Notes under the pieces: generated by a model
Seen by the model: only the letters and a program-made list of their open reading frames with translations
Told to the model about the DNA's origin: nothing
Database searches by the model: none
Assembly: GCA_964019335.1 (NCBI GenBank)
Contig: OZ025721.1
Span: 62,001 to 126,000 of the forward strand
Origin: Diplonema japonicum
Taxonomy: Eukaryota > Protista > Euglenozoa: Diplonemea
Direction of reading: 5' to 3'
DNA length: 64,000 nucleotides
In this document: positions 33,045 through 44,561 of the stretch, one piece after another
Position numbering within the stretch: the first letter of the stretch is position 1
How the letters are laid out: every line of letters begins with the position of its first letter
Position numbers and translations under genes: made by a program

Positions 33045-36000
33045 ATGCTAGGTCGCTCTGAAAGCTTGATTTCGAATACGGAGAGCAGCTGGGATGATGA
33101 CTCTGGCCCGCAACCACCAAGGGTAGTCTCTCTGGTAAGTTTGAAAGATGAAGAGCCTGGGTTCCACGTGGGGGAGATGGTAGAGGCTTGTTGGGAAGGG
33201 GAGTGGTTCCCGGGAAGCGTTCTGGAGGTGCACGTGAAGGCTTCCGAGGTGACGTATGACGTGCTGTGGGAAGGCGGAGAGAGCTGCACAGAAGGACTGG
33301 CCTCTGATGCGATAAGAAAAAATAAGGAGGATGAAAGCGGGAGCCCGGGGCCATCCGCACCGCCACCACCAAGCCCGAGTCCAAAAAGAGCTACAGAAAT
33401 CACCATCATGACACCGTCGCCGAGCGACAGCGCAAACTCTCCTGACATGCAAAGGACCTACACTGTGGCTGTGGGTGCAGAAGGTGACACCGATTTCGAA
33501 GCAACTGTCATGATGGGTAAGGAAGGGTCACCTTCACCATCATCCTCCCCAAGCCCCATCCACGCCAACCACGCTGACGTCGCAGACTCCTTGCACTGGA
33601 AGAACAAAATAGCCACGCTGTATACCGAGAACAACCAAAACCCTTGCGATCTTGCAATGCTCATGAAAAAGTTCGACGGGAACTACAAGGAGCTCTACAC
33701 GGACCTCAAAGAAGGCTTCGATGCCGAGTGCGGCCTACACCATGCCTACCAGACCCGTGCCGAGGCTAGTGTGAAGCGTTCCCGTGCCAACTCTGGTGCT
33801 TGGGAATCCCCCAGAGCCAACTCTATCTACCGTGGGCATGGTTCCCTCACCCCTACAAGGCGATACTCTATGACGCTCAAGTCTCCTAAGGAAGCTGTCG
33901 AACTCTCAGCAGCTGCTGCTGTTCTCACAAAAGAGATCGAGGAAGACACAGAGAAGACCACTATTTTCGCCAGCATGGAAGATTACAAGCCCAGGAAGCG
34001 TCGAGGGTCCGTGGCTCCCGACGCCGGTGACTTCGTGTCTGCTTCTGAAGTGGACCGGGTGTGGGGCATCGTGCGGTCGGATTCAACTGCGTCACACCTT
34101 TTTAATAGAAAAATGAGCCGAGCAGGCACGGAACCCGTTCGGAGGGGGGAGGCTGCTGAGTACTGGCGGGCACTGTTCGATAGAATATGCGACGGACAAG
34201 GACGACCCTCACCGAATCTCCCCAACAACGCAGACTTTTTACATGAGTTTAGACGATTATGTAAGAAATACAACCTCGACCCGGAACAGATCCGCAGTCA
34301 CTCTGAGCAGGTCCGCCGCCCGGTACAAGCAGGGTTGTGGGGGGAAGCAGTGAGAGAGTTCTACACTGTGCATAATCCAAACCAGCTCGGCAAAGTGGAC
34401 TCGCTGTTAGAGAAGAACAAGGGACACGAGGAAGAGCTGTTCAAAGACATCGAACTGGCGTACTCCTTCCTGTACAGCAAACAGGTAATACCGAAAGAGA
34501 AACCGATCCCTTTAGGAGACGAGGAGTCGTTTGCCTCACAGACGCCAAGCAACACTGGGCTAACAAGCATTGACGAGATGGTCTCGGAGGTGTACTCTTC
34601 AGACCCTGAAAACTCAGAAACAGACGAGCTGCAACACACACAACCGAAGTTAGATGGTGGGATGCTGTCGATGTCGCTGATGGGCCCAGCTCCAAGTGAA
34701 CTGTGGAAGTCAAGATTGCTAGCATTATACAGCTACTGGAGTGTGGAAGAGGCCGGTGTACATGAACTGCTGGTTCGAGAAAAGGGAAGGGAAGAAGCGC
34801 TATGGAAGGCAGAGGTGGAGAACCACGGCATGCCCGACCTCGGGTCATTTAGATTCCGTATCATTGCGATGTACGCACGGCACATCCCCGAGCAACTCGG
34901 CACCGTGAAGGCCTGCCTTGTCCTCAATAAAGGCAAAGAACAAGCCTATCTTGACACGCTTGTGGAGACTCATGGGAAAGAGCCGTCTTTTGCCTTCGCC
35001 ACTCGCCGATGTTCGTTCATTTCCCTCCCCCCTGTGCCGCCCTGCTCCGACAAAGTCCATGCTGCCGTCTCCCTTGTCACTCTCTCGGCAGCTGTTTTCA
35101 AGGTGATATCTCGCCGTTACGTCAGGACGCCACCTCTGTCGCATTCCAAACGCCCTTCCCCTGTGCAGATCCCGCTGTCCGGAAGCTCTAAACAGATGCC
35201 GCCTTCCGTCAGACACGTGCTGAACTCTCCGCCTGTCTCCTTGCTGTCTCCACGGAAGCCTCCGTTGTCGCCGAGGACACCGCCTTCGCCCACTTTCAAA
35301 TCACAGCATAATGCCGCTGTGCCTTTTTCTATGCTTGCACCGTCCCCGCCGCCTGTGCAGCTGCCTGTGCAAGTGCCTGTGCAGCCCGTGCCGATAGTTG
35401 TTTCACCGTCGACTCCGCCTGTGCTTCCGATAGCCGTTACACTTTCTTCGGCTGCTGCTACTCCACCGCTTCCTGTGTCACCACCAGCGGTTTCCCTGCC
35501 CGTTCCCTTCCCTGTGTCCCCACCAGCACCGCCTGCTGTGTCTCCACCTGCACTAACAACAGCTCCCTTGTCGCCTGTGCCTGACGTTGCTATCGTACCG
35601 CCCGTCATGAAGGCTCTACGCAAGGCTGTTCCTGTCGTACGGATGGACGGGCTGGAGGAAGAAGAGGATGAGCATAGGGTGGCCATCGTTAGGGAGGAGG
35701 CAGGCGAGCGGGGAAGGTTGAAGAAGTTGAAGATAGGAGAGGAAAATGTGATCGATGTGGAGAGACGGTGGGGGGAGTGCTTTGATGTTCTGATCAAAAG
35801 CGAAGAAAGCAAACGAGACATGACGGAGCGCGAGGAGGCAGTGCTCAACATGGGGAGGCTGCAGTGGTTCGCTTCCTTCATCCGCGAGCAGGACCCGACT
35901 GGGAGGGAGATCACGTTGGTGCAAACAAGGCAGGAAACCGACCGGCTGGAACAACACTTCAGCCCTGCGCGCAGGGAGCTGGAATACCACACAGCCTCAA

Positions 36001-36358
36001 AAGAATCAAATAAACGAGTGCAAGTGACCATTGAAACTGCAATGAAAGCCCTTCCCAAGAGACGTGAAGCTAGCCCAGTGAGCACAGTCTCTGTTAGAAG
36101 AAAACGAGTTGCAAGTAGTAGTGCCGGAAGCAATCAAGAAATCGGTGCTTTCCAAAGGAAACCACAACAGGTATTGTTTTTTAAAAAAAAATGGGGGGGG
36201 GGCAAGCCACACCGCAGGCTATTCATGTTTTGGTCCCAAAACCTCGTCTAGCTGACAAGGGGGGTGTACCTCAAGGGTGCTTCTCGCGTCCCGCGCCTTA
36301 CTTACTCAAAAACCCCCTTCTTGCAAATGCTATGAAGAAGGGGAGAAAGTCAATATGA
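33045..36358 (+). CDS. Large protein with Tudor/Agenet-like domain, repeated ~42-aa helical modules, Pro-rich region and coiled coil; intron 36171-36217
   Basis: FHVGEMVEACWEGEWFPGSV...YDVLW is Tudor-like. Repeats of the type REFYTVHNPNQLGKVDSLLEKNKGHEEELF. Splicing gives a stop at 36356-36358. Confidence 0.75.
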
Positions 36359-36695
36359 GACAGAGAGATGGAAAGGAGAGAGGAAAAAAGAAAAAGAAAA
36401 AAAAAATTATGTTTGATTGTTCATTATTTCTTTCTTTCTTTTTTTTTTTTTTTTTTTTTTTTACTTTCCTGTATGTATCTTGATGGAATCACCTTCCCCC
36501 TCCTACTGATTCTTTTATCCCCGCCTCGGGCCGTTTTTTTTACTTTTTTTTTTTGTTCCCCCTTTTTTTTTTTCCCACACCGCTTTTTTAACAAGAGAAA
36601 ATCAGCCTTGACACAGGACAGAAGCACCCCTCTCTCACACACTCCCCTCCCCCCCCTCCCTCTCTCTCTCTCTATCTATCCTTCTAATTCATGAT

Positions 36696-39405
36696 ATGGG
36701 ATCGCTGTGCTCAACAGCGGAGCAAGAGGTGTATGAGGAGCAGGATGAGCAAGCAGGGGACGTGGAGGAACTGCTTGCAAACGATGAGTTCTCGACTGTC
36801 GTGATCACCATCAGCTGCAGGGGTTTGGTGCACAGCGGGATGCGAAAACCAGACCCAAAGGTGTATGTCTACGAGGTTACAGACCAGGAAAAAACACCGG
36901 TTTCCAAAACCGAAACCATCTCATCATCCAACAGCCCCCAGTTCGTACAAACGATCAACGTCGTGTACCAGTTCGGCACCGTCCAGATACTCCGGTTCGA
37001 GGTCGTGCACGAGGAAAAACGAGGCGGGGTCCGCGACGAACAACGCCTCATCGGCTACGCCGAGTTAAAACTCAGCACTTTGTTGGAACGAACCGGGGCC
37101 TACACCGAGCCCTTGAAAGGCATCTCCGGGAACAAAACAGGCGACATCATCCTCAAAGCAGAAGAGACCAAAAAATCTGACGGCCCCGAACACGAGGTCA
37201 TCTTCCGCTTCGGCTGCAAAGCGATCGACTCCAAAAACGTCTTCGGTGCAGGGTCCTCGGATCCATTCCTAGAAATCTCAAACGTCCGTGATGGTGGGTT
37301 CGCACCCGTCGCACGAAGCGAATACATCGAAGGCGTTACAGGATGCATGTGGAAGCCCATCGTGGTAAAACTGGACAAGCTGTGCGGCCGTAAAAAGGAA
37401 GACGAACACGAAAAAAATTATTTCAACAGCGTGTTGCTTTTCGAGGTGTACGATTGGGAGGCTTCTGGTAAGCATCAGATTATCGGTTCGTGTAAGTCCA
37501 CGTTGGCCGACATGCTTGCAGCCTATGAAGGCCAACGCGTGCTCGACAAGGAAGTGAACTACGAGCTCATCAACGCCACGAAACAAGGAAAAGAAGCGTA
37601 CGAAAACTCCGGGATCCTCATCCTGAAGAGCGTCGAGGTAGAGACATCGCACTCCTTCCTCGAGTACGTCCGGGGCGGGTTCGACATCAACCTGACCATA
37701 TGCGTTGACTTCTCCCTTTCAAACGGGAACTGCCGGTCCATCGACTCACTACACTACATGGACGAGACACGTCGGCTCGATAACGAGTACGTTAAAGCTC
37801 TTCGTGCCGTCGTGAAGGTGCTCGGTGAGTACGACAAGGATCAAGAATTCCCGTTTTACGGGTTCGGAGCACGCGAGATCAGTTCCCAGGATCCGACACC
37901 TTCCAACATATTCCCCGTCACCTTTGACGTCAATCAGGTGGAGGTGAACGGCATCGACGGTTTAGTCGATGCTTACTGGAAGTGCCTCAACAAGATCGAG
38001 ATGTTGGAACCTTCGAACTTCAGCTCATGCATGCAAAAAGCACTGGCGATGGCGGCATCGAGCAACAAGCAAGCATATCAAATCGTGCTGTTCATCACAG
38101 ATGGTCAGATCTCGGACCTCCAATCCACCGTCGACGTGATTGTCGAATGTGCTACCGAACCCATCTCCGTGCTCGTTATCGGCGTGGGGTCGGGCCCCTT
38201 CGGCCAAATGGAGTATCTAGACGGTGACGAAAAACCTTTAGTTTCCTCTGACGGTAAGATGCCCAACCGTGACTTGGTTGGTTTTGTACCGTACCAGGAT
38301 TATAAAAACGACCCGACGCAGCTGGCTAGGGAGACGTTGAAGGAGATACCCCGACAGTTCACACAATGGGCAAAGCTGCACAAAGTCAAGCCCCCTGAAC
38401 GGAACCCCGAAGAAGAGGCGCTCGCCCTTAGAATGGCGGAACAAAAGTCCCTTGAGCGGGAAAAGAAAGCCCACGCCGAAGCTCTTCAACGCATGAACGG
38501 GCTCGTCGCTTCTGCGGGGCAACCCGAACAAGACGAACCCCCAACACATGTCACGTTGTCCAGAAAGTCTGTGAGCGAACCTTTGGGTCTTGAATTATCA
38601 GATCTGACAATTGCTGGCGTGACGCCTGGGACTGCAGCGGAAAGAGACCAGCTTGACATGTACGAGGGTTTCATGATTACGCACGTGAACGGAGCCCCAG
38701 TGTACAAAGTGGAGGACATCGGGCCATTGATCAAAAACACAAAAGCCATCGAGTTCACATTGGTGTACGATCGGAATTTCTTCACCGAGATGCCCACCGA
38801 ACAGGCCCCGAGACATACCAACAAATCGAGACGTCACCGCCGGCACCACCACAGGCGGGACAGCGAGAGACCATCGAACCACGAAGGACCCGTCCACGTA
38901 ACCCTGACAAGGAAGGACCCGAAAGAGGCGATGGGACTTGACTTGGCTGATATGACCATTACGGGTGTTGTAGATGGATCTGCAGCAGACCGAAGCAATT
39001 TTGGTCAGTTCAAAGGTCACATGATAACACATGTGAATGGAACCCCTGTTCGTACCATAGAGGATGTCGGCCCGCTTGTCGGCAATAGTGAGTCTACTAA
39101 ATTCACGCTTGAGTTCGACCACGAGATGGATGCGGAGAAGCACGACAAGAAGCATCGGCGGAGGCACCGCAGCAAGCACCACCATGACAAGAAGCGATCG
39201 CATAAGGACAAGCGGGAGAAGCAGCCACGTCAGGACGACCGATACACACCCATGCAGCCTATGAACAGGCAGCCTTCGCATTATTCAACAAGGTCTGGTA
39301 GACATGATAGGTATTCACAAAAAGAAAAAAAAAAGAAAAAGATAAAAACTTTATAACAGCCCTGAACCTGGTTCTGACTCGCCATACATGGCGTTGCCCG
39401 TTTAG
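36696..39405 (+). CDS. Copine (C2-C2-vWA) with two C-terminal PDZ-like domains; intron 39311-39359
   Basis: SDPFL, VYDW, SFLEYVRGG.DINL.ICVDFS.SNG, SLHY, YDKD..FP.YGFGA, LFITDGQISD and PISV..IGVG. Two repeats LGL.L.D.TI.GV..G.AA.R...G..ITHVNG.PV. Confidence 0.93.
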
Positions 39406-39513
39406 GACGATGGGGAGGTAGAATAAAATACAAGTAAATTCTTATGTGTCATAATATATTTCAATCGTTATTTAATACTTTGTTTCAAAACAAAAAAGCT
39501 TCCAACAACTAAC

Positions 39514-41058
39514 ATGCAGACCAAGACGGGCTTGCTTCTGGCGCTAGCGCTGGCAGGAGGGGCAGCAGCAGCTGCTCCGGCGAGGTGCACGGACCTGCGA
39601 CTCTCCGGTGGAGGGGTCTGGGTGGACAAGCCGTACGGAACGGGGTGTACCTGGTACGGTGCTGAGGCGAAGCGCTGCGAGTGGTACGGAAGCCGCTACC
39701 GGAACGAGCACACAGCAGGCGAGGCGTGCTGCGTGTGCGGCGGCGGGATGAGAACGGATGGGCAGCAGACCCCCGTGCCGACGCCACCCCCGCCCCCTCC
39801 CCCAACGTCGTCGTCGATGTCGGCGAAGGTGTTGGCGAAGTCGCACCTGGTGGCCTTCTGGGACTTCGAGACGAAGGGGCCGACGGGGAACTTTGTGGCG
39901 CGGTCAAATGTAGACAACGAGGGAGCGGAGGAAGCGGAGGGGCTGTACCCCGTGTGGCTGCGCAGAGGGCACGACGGAAGCGAGGTGGGGGCACCCGGCT
40001 ACACGGAGGCGACCTGGCCGTCTTCGCACCCCGTGACGGCGACGAGGGCGGGCGGGCCGTTCAACGGGAAGGGCCTGAACGTGAAGGGGACGACGCTGTT
40101 CGCGACGGTGGAGAGAAAAAGCTTCGACAGGACGCCTCTGGACATCAGCGGAGCGGACCCGTTCTCGCTGGTGGCGTGGGTGTGGTTCCCGGCTGGCAGC
40201 AACCGCCACCACATCGCGGGGATCTGGGACGAGGGGACGTGGGGGAAGTACAGCGGGCAGAGGCAGTACGCGCTGTTCCGGATCGGGCGCTACGGGCACA
40301 GGCTGTTCGGGCACATCAGCGCGACGGGGGCGGCGAGCTACCCGCAGGCGGGGACCGGCGGAGACCAGTACGCGAGGATCCGGGCCTTGAACGGGGCGCA
40401 CCTGTCGGAGGGGGAGTGGCACATGCTGGCGATGACGCACGACGGGGCGCAGGCGCAGAGCTCGCAGGACGGTGTGTCGACCCCGAACTCGTACGAGGAG
40501 GGGGAGGAGTGGGTGGAGGAGCGCGTCTACAAGGATGCCTTCAACCCCGTGACGAACCCGAAGGAGTTCTCGTGGGGGGTGTTCCACCCCCTGCGCTTCG
40601 TCGTGAAGTTCAACGGCTACAACGTCGCGGCGGACCAGGTGAACGAGCACTACGTGCGTGTGGACCTGAAGTCCCCTGCCGCGCAGCGCACCATCAGCTA
40701 CGGGGTGAAGGCCCCCAGCCTGAGCGCCATCGCCTCCCGCAACTACCGAGTGACCTACACCTTCAAGCGCGGGGGTGCGGTGGTCCAGGGGGGCAGCGGC
40801 TCCTTCGACGTCGCGAACAACGCCGGCTCCGCGAACCTGAGCCCGTCGCTTGTCGTCGAGGTGGACGACCGCCTGCAGCTGGAGCTGACGCGGAACGGGG
40901 CTCGCGTGGGCAGCGTCGTGGAGCACAGGATGGGCCCCGGGGCCGCCTTCTCCTTTGGGCGCATCCTGGGCGACGGCACAACGATGGTTCTGGGCGGTGT
41001 TGCCATGTACAACAGGGTGCTGTCGGAGGCGGAGCTTCAGGACCTGGCCTCCTTCTAG
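39514..41058 (+). CDS. Secreted protein: signal peptide, Cys-rich module, Pro linker, LamG/concanavalin A-like domain (copy 1)
   Basis: Hydrophobic N-terminus, C..W.D..G..C.WY...C..YG...A.EACC.CGGG module, and LamG-type motifs LVAFWDF, FSLVAWV, EWHMLAMTHDG and GGVAMYNRVLS.AE. Confidence 0.8.
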   Translation: MQTKTGLLLALALAGGAAAAAPARCTDLRLSGGGVWVDKPYGTGCTWYGAEAKRCEWYGSRYRNEHTAGEACCVCGGGMRTDGQQTPVPTPPPPPPPTSSSMSAKVLAKSHLVAFWDFETKGPTGNFVARSNVDNEGAEEAEGLYPVWLRRGHDGSEVGAPGYTEATWPSSHPVTATRAGGPFNGKGLNVKGTTLFATVERKSFDRTPLDISGADPFSLVAWVWFPAGSNRHHIAGIWDEGTWGKYSGQRQYALFRIGRYGHRLFGHISATGAASYPQAGTGGDQYARIRALNGAHLSEGEWHMLAMTHDGAQAQSSQDGVSTPNSYEEGEEWVEERVYKDAFNPVTNPKEFSWGVFHPLRFVVKFNGYNVAADQVNEHYVRVDLKSPAAQRTISYGVKAPSLSAIASRNYRVTYTFKRGGAVVQGGSGSFDVANNAGSANLSPSLVVEVDDRLQLELTRNGARVGSVVEHRMGPGAAFSFGRILGDGTTMVLGGVAMYNRVLSEAELQDLASF

Positions 41059-41557
41059 GAGGGAAGAAGAAAAAAAAAAGAAGAAGAAGAAAGAAAGAAA
41101 AGAAAAAAAAAAAAGAAAGAAAGAAAGAAACCCCCATTGACCAAGCAGCAGAAGGTGTTTTTGTGTTTTTAAATGTATAATGTTTTTTTTTTTTTTTTCT
41201 TCTTTTTCTTTTTTTTTTTTTTTCCTTTTCATTTTTCAATTAGCTACCCTCCCTTGTGGGCGGTATGTAATGGGGCTTACTTCTTTCTTTCGTCTTTTCG
41301 CGGTCAAATTCTCTTGTTTTTTTTTTTTTTTTCTTTTGTTTTTGTTTGTTTCTTTTTGATACGCAAATTTATATCTTGTTTCTCTTGTTTTCTTTTTGCT
41401 TTTTTTTCTTCTTTCTCTCTCCCTCTCTCTCTTTCTTTCTTCTTCTTCTTCTTCTTCTTCTTTCTTCTTCATCGTGTTTAGCGTCACACTTGCCGATCTG
41501 TGCAAAAGTGACCCGAATGCAGACACATGAAATAAAAAAAAGAAGAAGAAAAAGGGG

Positions 41558-41588
<31 letters not shown>

Positions 41589-41926
41589 GTTCTTTTCCCT
41601 ACAAAAAATTGATACATATTTTTTGTTTTATTTTTTTTTTTTAAAAAAAGAAAAAAGAAAAAGCGTCACGTTGCTGTTGACCGCTTAAGCACTCTCCGCG
41701 CAGATTTACAGGTCTGTCGTATGTTAGTTAGTTAGCAACAACCCTGTTTACTATAAGGGGTTTGCTCTCTTTCTCTTCCTCCCTTTTCTAATCTTCCATT
41801 GTCTCCACACCTAATAATAATTCCTTGTCTTTTTTTCTGAGATCCTTGTGATATCCACCGAATTTAGACAATTCGAAAAAAAAAAACCCCTCTTGTTTTC
41901 TTCTCTCTTCTTCTTTTCTTATTATT

Positions 41927-41957
<31 letters not shown>

Positions 41958-42037
41958 CTTCTTTCTGCAAACCAAACACACACACACACCCCCCCCGACC
42001 AGGTTTCCCCCCCCCCATATAAAAGAAGAAGACACCG

Positions 42038-43582
42038 ATGCAGACCAAGACGGGCTTGCTTCTGGCGCTAGCGCTGGCAGGAGGGGCAGCAGCAGCTGCT
42101 CCGGCGAGGTGCACGGACCTGCGACTCTCCGGTGGAGGGGTCTGGGTGGACAAGCCGTACGGAACGGGGTGTACCTGGTACGGTGCTGAGGCGAAGCGCT
42201 GCGAGTGGTACGGAAGCCGCTACCGGAACGAGCACACAGCAGGCGAGGCGTGCTGCGTGTGCGGCGGCGGGATGAGAACGGATGGGCAGCAGACCCCCGT
42301 GCCGACGCCACCCCCGCCCCCTCCCCCAACGTCGTCGTCGATGTCGGCGAAGGTGTTGGCGAAGTCGCACCTGGTGGCCTTCTGGGACTTCGAGACGAAG
42401 GGGCCGACGGGGAACTTTGTGGCGCGGTCAAATGTAGACAACGAGGGAGCGGAGGAAGCGGAGGGGCTGTACCCCGTGTGGCTGCGCAGAGGGCACGACG
42501 GAAGCGAGGTGGGGGCACCCGGCTACACGGAGGCGACCTGGCCGTCTTCGCACCCCGTGACGGCGACGAGGGCGGGCGGGCCGTTCAACGGGAAGGGCCT
42601 GAACGTGAAGGGGACGACGCTGTTCGCGACGGTGGAGAGAAAAAGCTTCGACAGGACGCCTCTGGACATCAGCGGAGCGGACCCGTTCTCGCTGGTGGCG
42701 TGGGTGTGGTTCCCGGCTGGCAGCAACCGCCACCACATCGCGGGGATCTGGGACGAGGGGACGTGGGGGAAGTACAGCGGGCAGAGGCAGTACGCGCTGT
42801 TCCGGATCGGGCGCTACGGGCACAGGCTGTTCGGGCACATCAGCGCGACGGGGGCGGCGAGCTACCCGCAGGCGGGGACCGGCGGAGACCAGTACGCGAG
42901 GATCCGGGCCTTGAACGGGGCGCACCTGTCGGAGGGGGAGTGGCACATGCTGGCGATGACGCACGACGGGGCGCAGGCGCAGAGCTCGCAGGACGGTGTG
43001 TCGACCCCGAACTCGTACGAGGAGGGGGAGGAGTGGGTGGAGGAGCGCGTCTACAAGGATGCCTTCAACCCCGTGACGAACCCGAAGGAGTTCTCGTGGG
43101 GGGTGTTCCACCCCCTGCGCTTCGTCGTGAAGTTCAACGGCTACAACGTCGCGGCGGACCAGGTGAACGAGCACTACGTGCGTGTGGACCTGAAGTCCCC
43201 TGCCGCGCAGCGCACCATCAGCTACGGGGTGAAGGCCCCCAGCCTGAGCGCCATCGCCTCCCGCAACTACCGAGTGACCTACACCTTCAAGCGCGGGGGT
43301 GCGGTGGTCCAGGGGGGCAGCGGCTCCTTCGACGTCGCGAACAACGCCGGCTCCGCGAACCTGAGCCCGTCGCTTGTCGTCGAGGTGGACGACCGCCTGC
43401 AGCTGGAGCTGACGCGGAACGGGGCTCGCGTGGGCAGCGTCGTGGAGCACAGGATGGGCCCCGGGGCCGCCTTCTCCTTTGGGCGCATCCTGGGCGACGG
43501 CACAACGATGGTTCTGGGCGGTGTTGCCATGTACAACAGGGTGCTGTCGGAGGCGGAGCTTCAGGACCTGGCCTCCTTCTAG
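42038..43582 (+). CDS. Secreted LamG-like protein (copy 2)
   Basis: Translation identical to copy 1. Confidence 0.8.
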   Translation: MQTKTGLLLALALAGGAAAAAPARCTDLRLSGGGVWVDKPYGTGCTWYGAEAKRCEWYGSRYRNEHTAGEACCVCGGGMRTDGQQTPVPTPPPPPPPTSSSMSAKVLAKSHLVAFWDFETKGPTGNFVARSNVDNEGAEEAEGLYPVWLRRGHDGSEVGAPGYTEATWPSSHPVTATRAGGPFNGKGLNVKGTTLFATVERKSFDRTPLDISGADPFSLVAWVWFPAGSNRHHIAGIWDEGTWGKYSGQRQYALFRIGRYGHRLFGHISATGAASYPQAGTGGDQYARIRALNGAHLSEGEWHMLAMTHDGAQAQSSQDGVSTPNSYEEGEEWVEERVYKDAFNPVTNPKEFSWGVFHPLRFVVKFNGYNVAADQVNEHYVRVDLKSPAAQRTISYGVKAPSLSAIASRNYRVTYTFKRGGAVVQGGSGSFDVANNAGSANLSPSLVVEVDDRLQLELTRNGARVGSVVEHRMGPGAAFSFGRILGDGTTMVLGGVAMYNRVLSEAELQDLASF

Positions 43583-44081
43583 GAGGGAAGAAGAAAAAAA
43601 AAAGAAGAAGAAGAAAGAAAGAAAAGAAAAAAAAAAAAGAAAGAAAGAAAGAAACCCCCATTGACCAAGCAGCAGAAGGTGTTTTTGTGTTTTTAAATGT
43701 ATAATGTTTTTTTTTTTTTTTTCTTCTTTTTCTTTTTTTTTTTTTTTCCTTTTCATTTTTCAATTAGCTACCCTCCCTTGTGGGCGGTATGTAATGGGGC
43801 TTACTTCTTTCTTTCGTCTTTTCGCGGTCAAATTCTCTTGTTTTTTTTTTTTTTTTCTTTTGTTTTTGTTTGTTTCTTTTTGATACGCAAATTTATATCT
43901 TGTTTCTCTTGTTTTCTTTTTGCTTTTTTTTCTTCTTTCTCTCTCCCTCTCTCTCTTTCTTTCTTCTTCTTCTTCTTCTTCTTCTTTCTTCTTCATCGTG
44001 TTTAGCGTCACACTTGCCGATCTGTGCAAAAGTGACCCGAATGCAGACACATGAAATAAAAAAAAGAAGAAGAAAAAGGGG

Positions 44082-44112
<31 letters not shown>

Positions 44113-44450
44113 GTTCTTTTCCCTACAAAAAATTGATACATATTTTTTGTTTTATTTTTTTTTTTTAAAAAAAGAAAAAAGAAAAAGCGTCACGTTGCTG
44201 TTGACCGCTTAAGCACTCTCCGCGCAGATTTACAGGTCTGTCGTATGTTAGTTAGTTAGCAACAACCCTGTTTACTATAAGGGGTTTGCTCTCTTTCTCT
44301 TCCTCCCTTTTCTAATCTTCCATTGTCTCCACACCTAATAATAATTCCTTGTCTTTTTTTCTGAGATCCTTGTGATATCCACCGAATTTAGACAATTCGA
44401 AAAAAAAAAACCCCTCTTGTTTTCTTCTCTCTTCTTCTTTTCTTATTATT

Positions 44451-44481
<31 letters not shown>

Positions 44482-44561
44482 CTTCTTTCTGCAAACCAAA
44501 CACACACACACACCCCCCCCGACCAGGTTTCCCCCCCCCCATATAAAAGAAGAAGACACCG

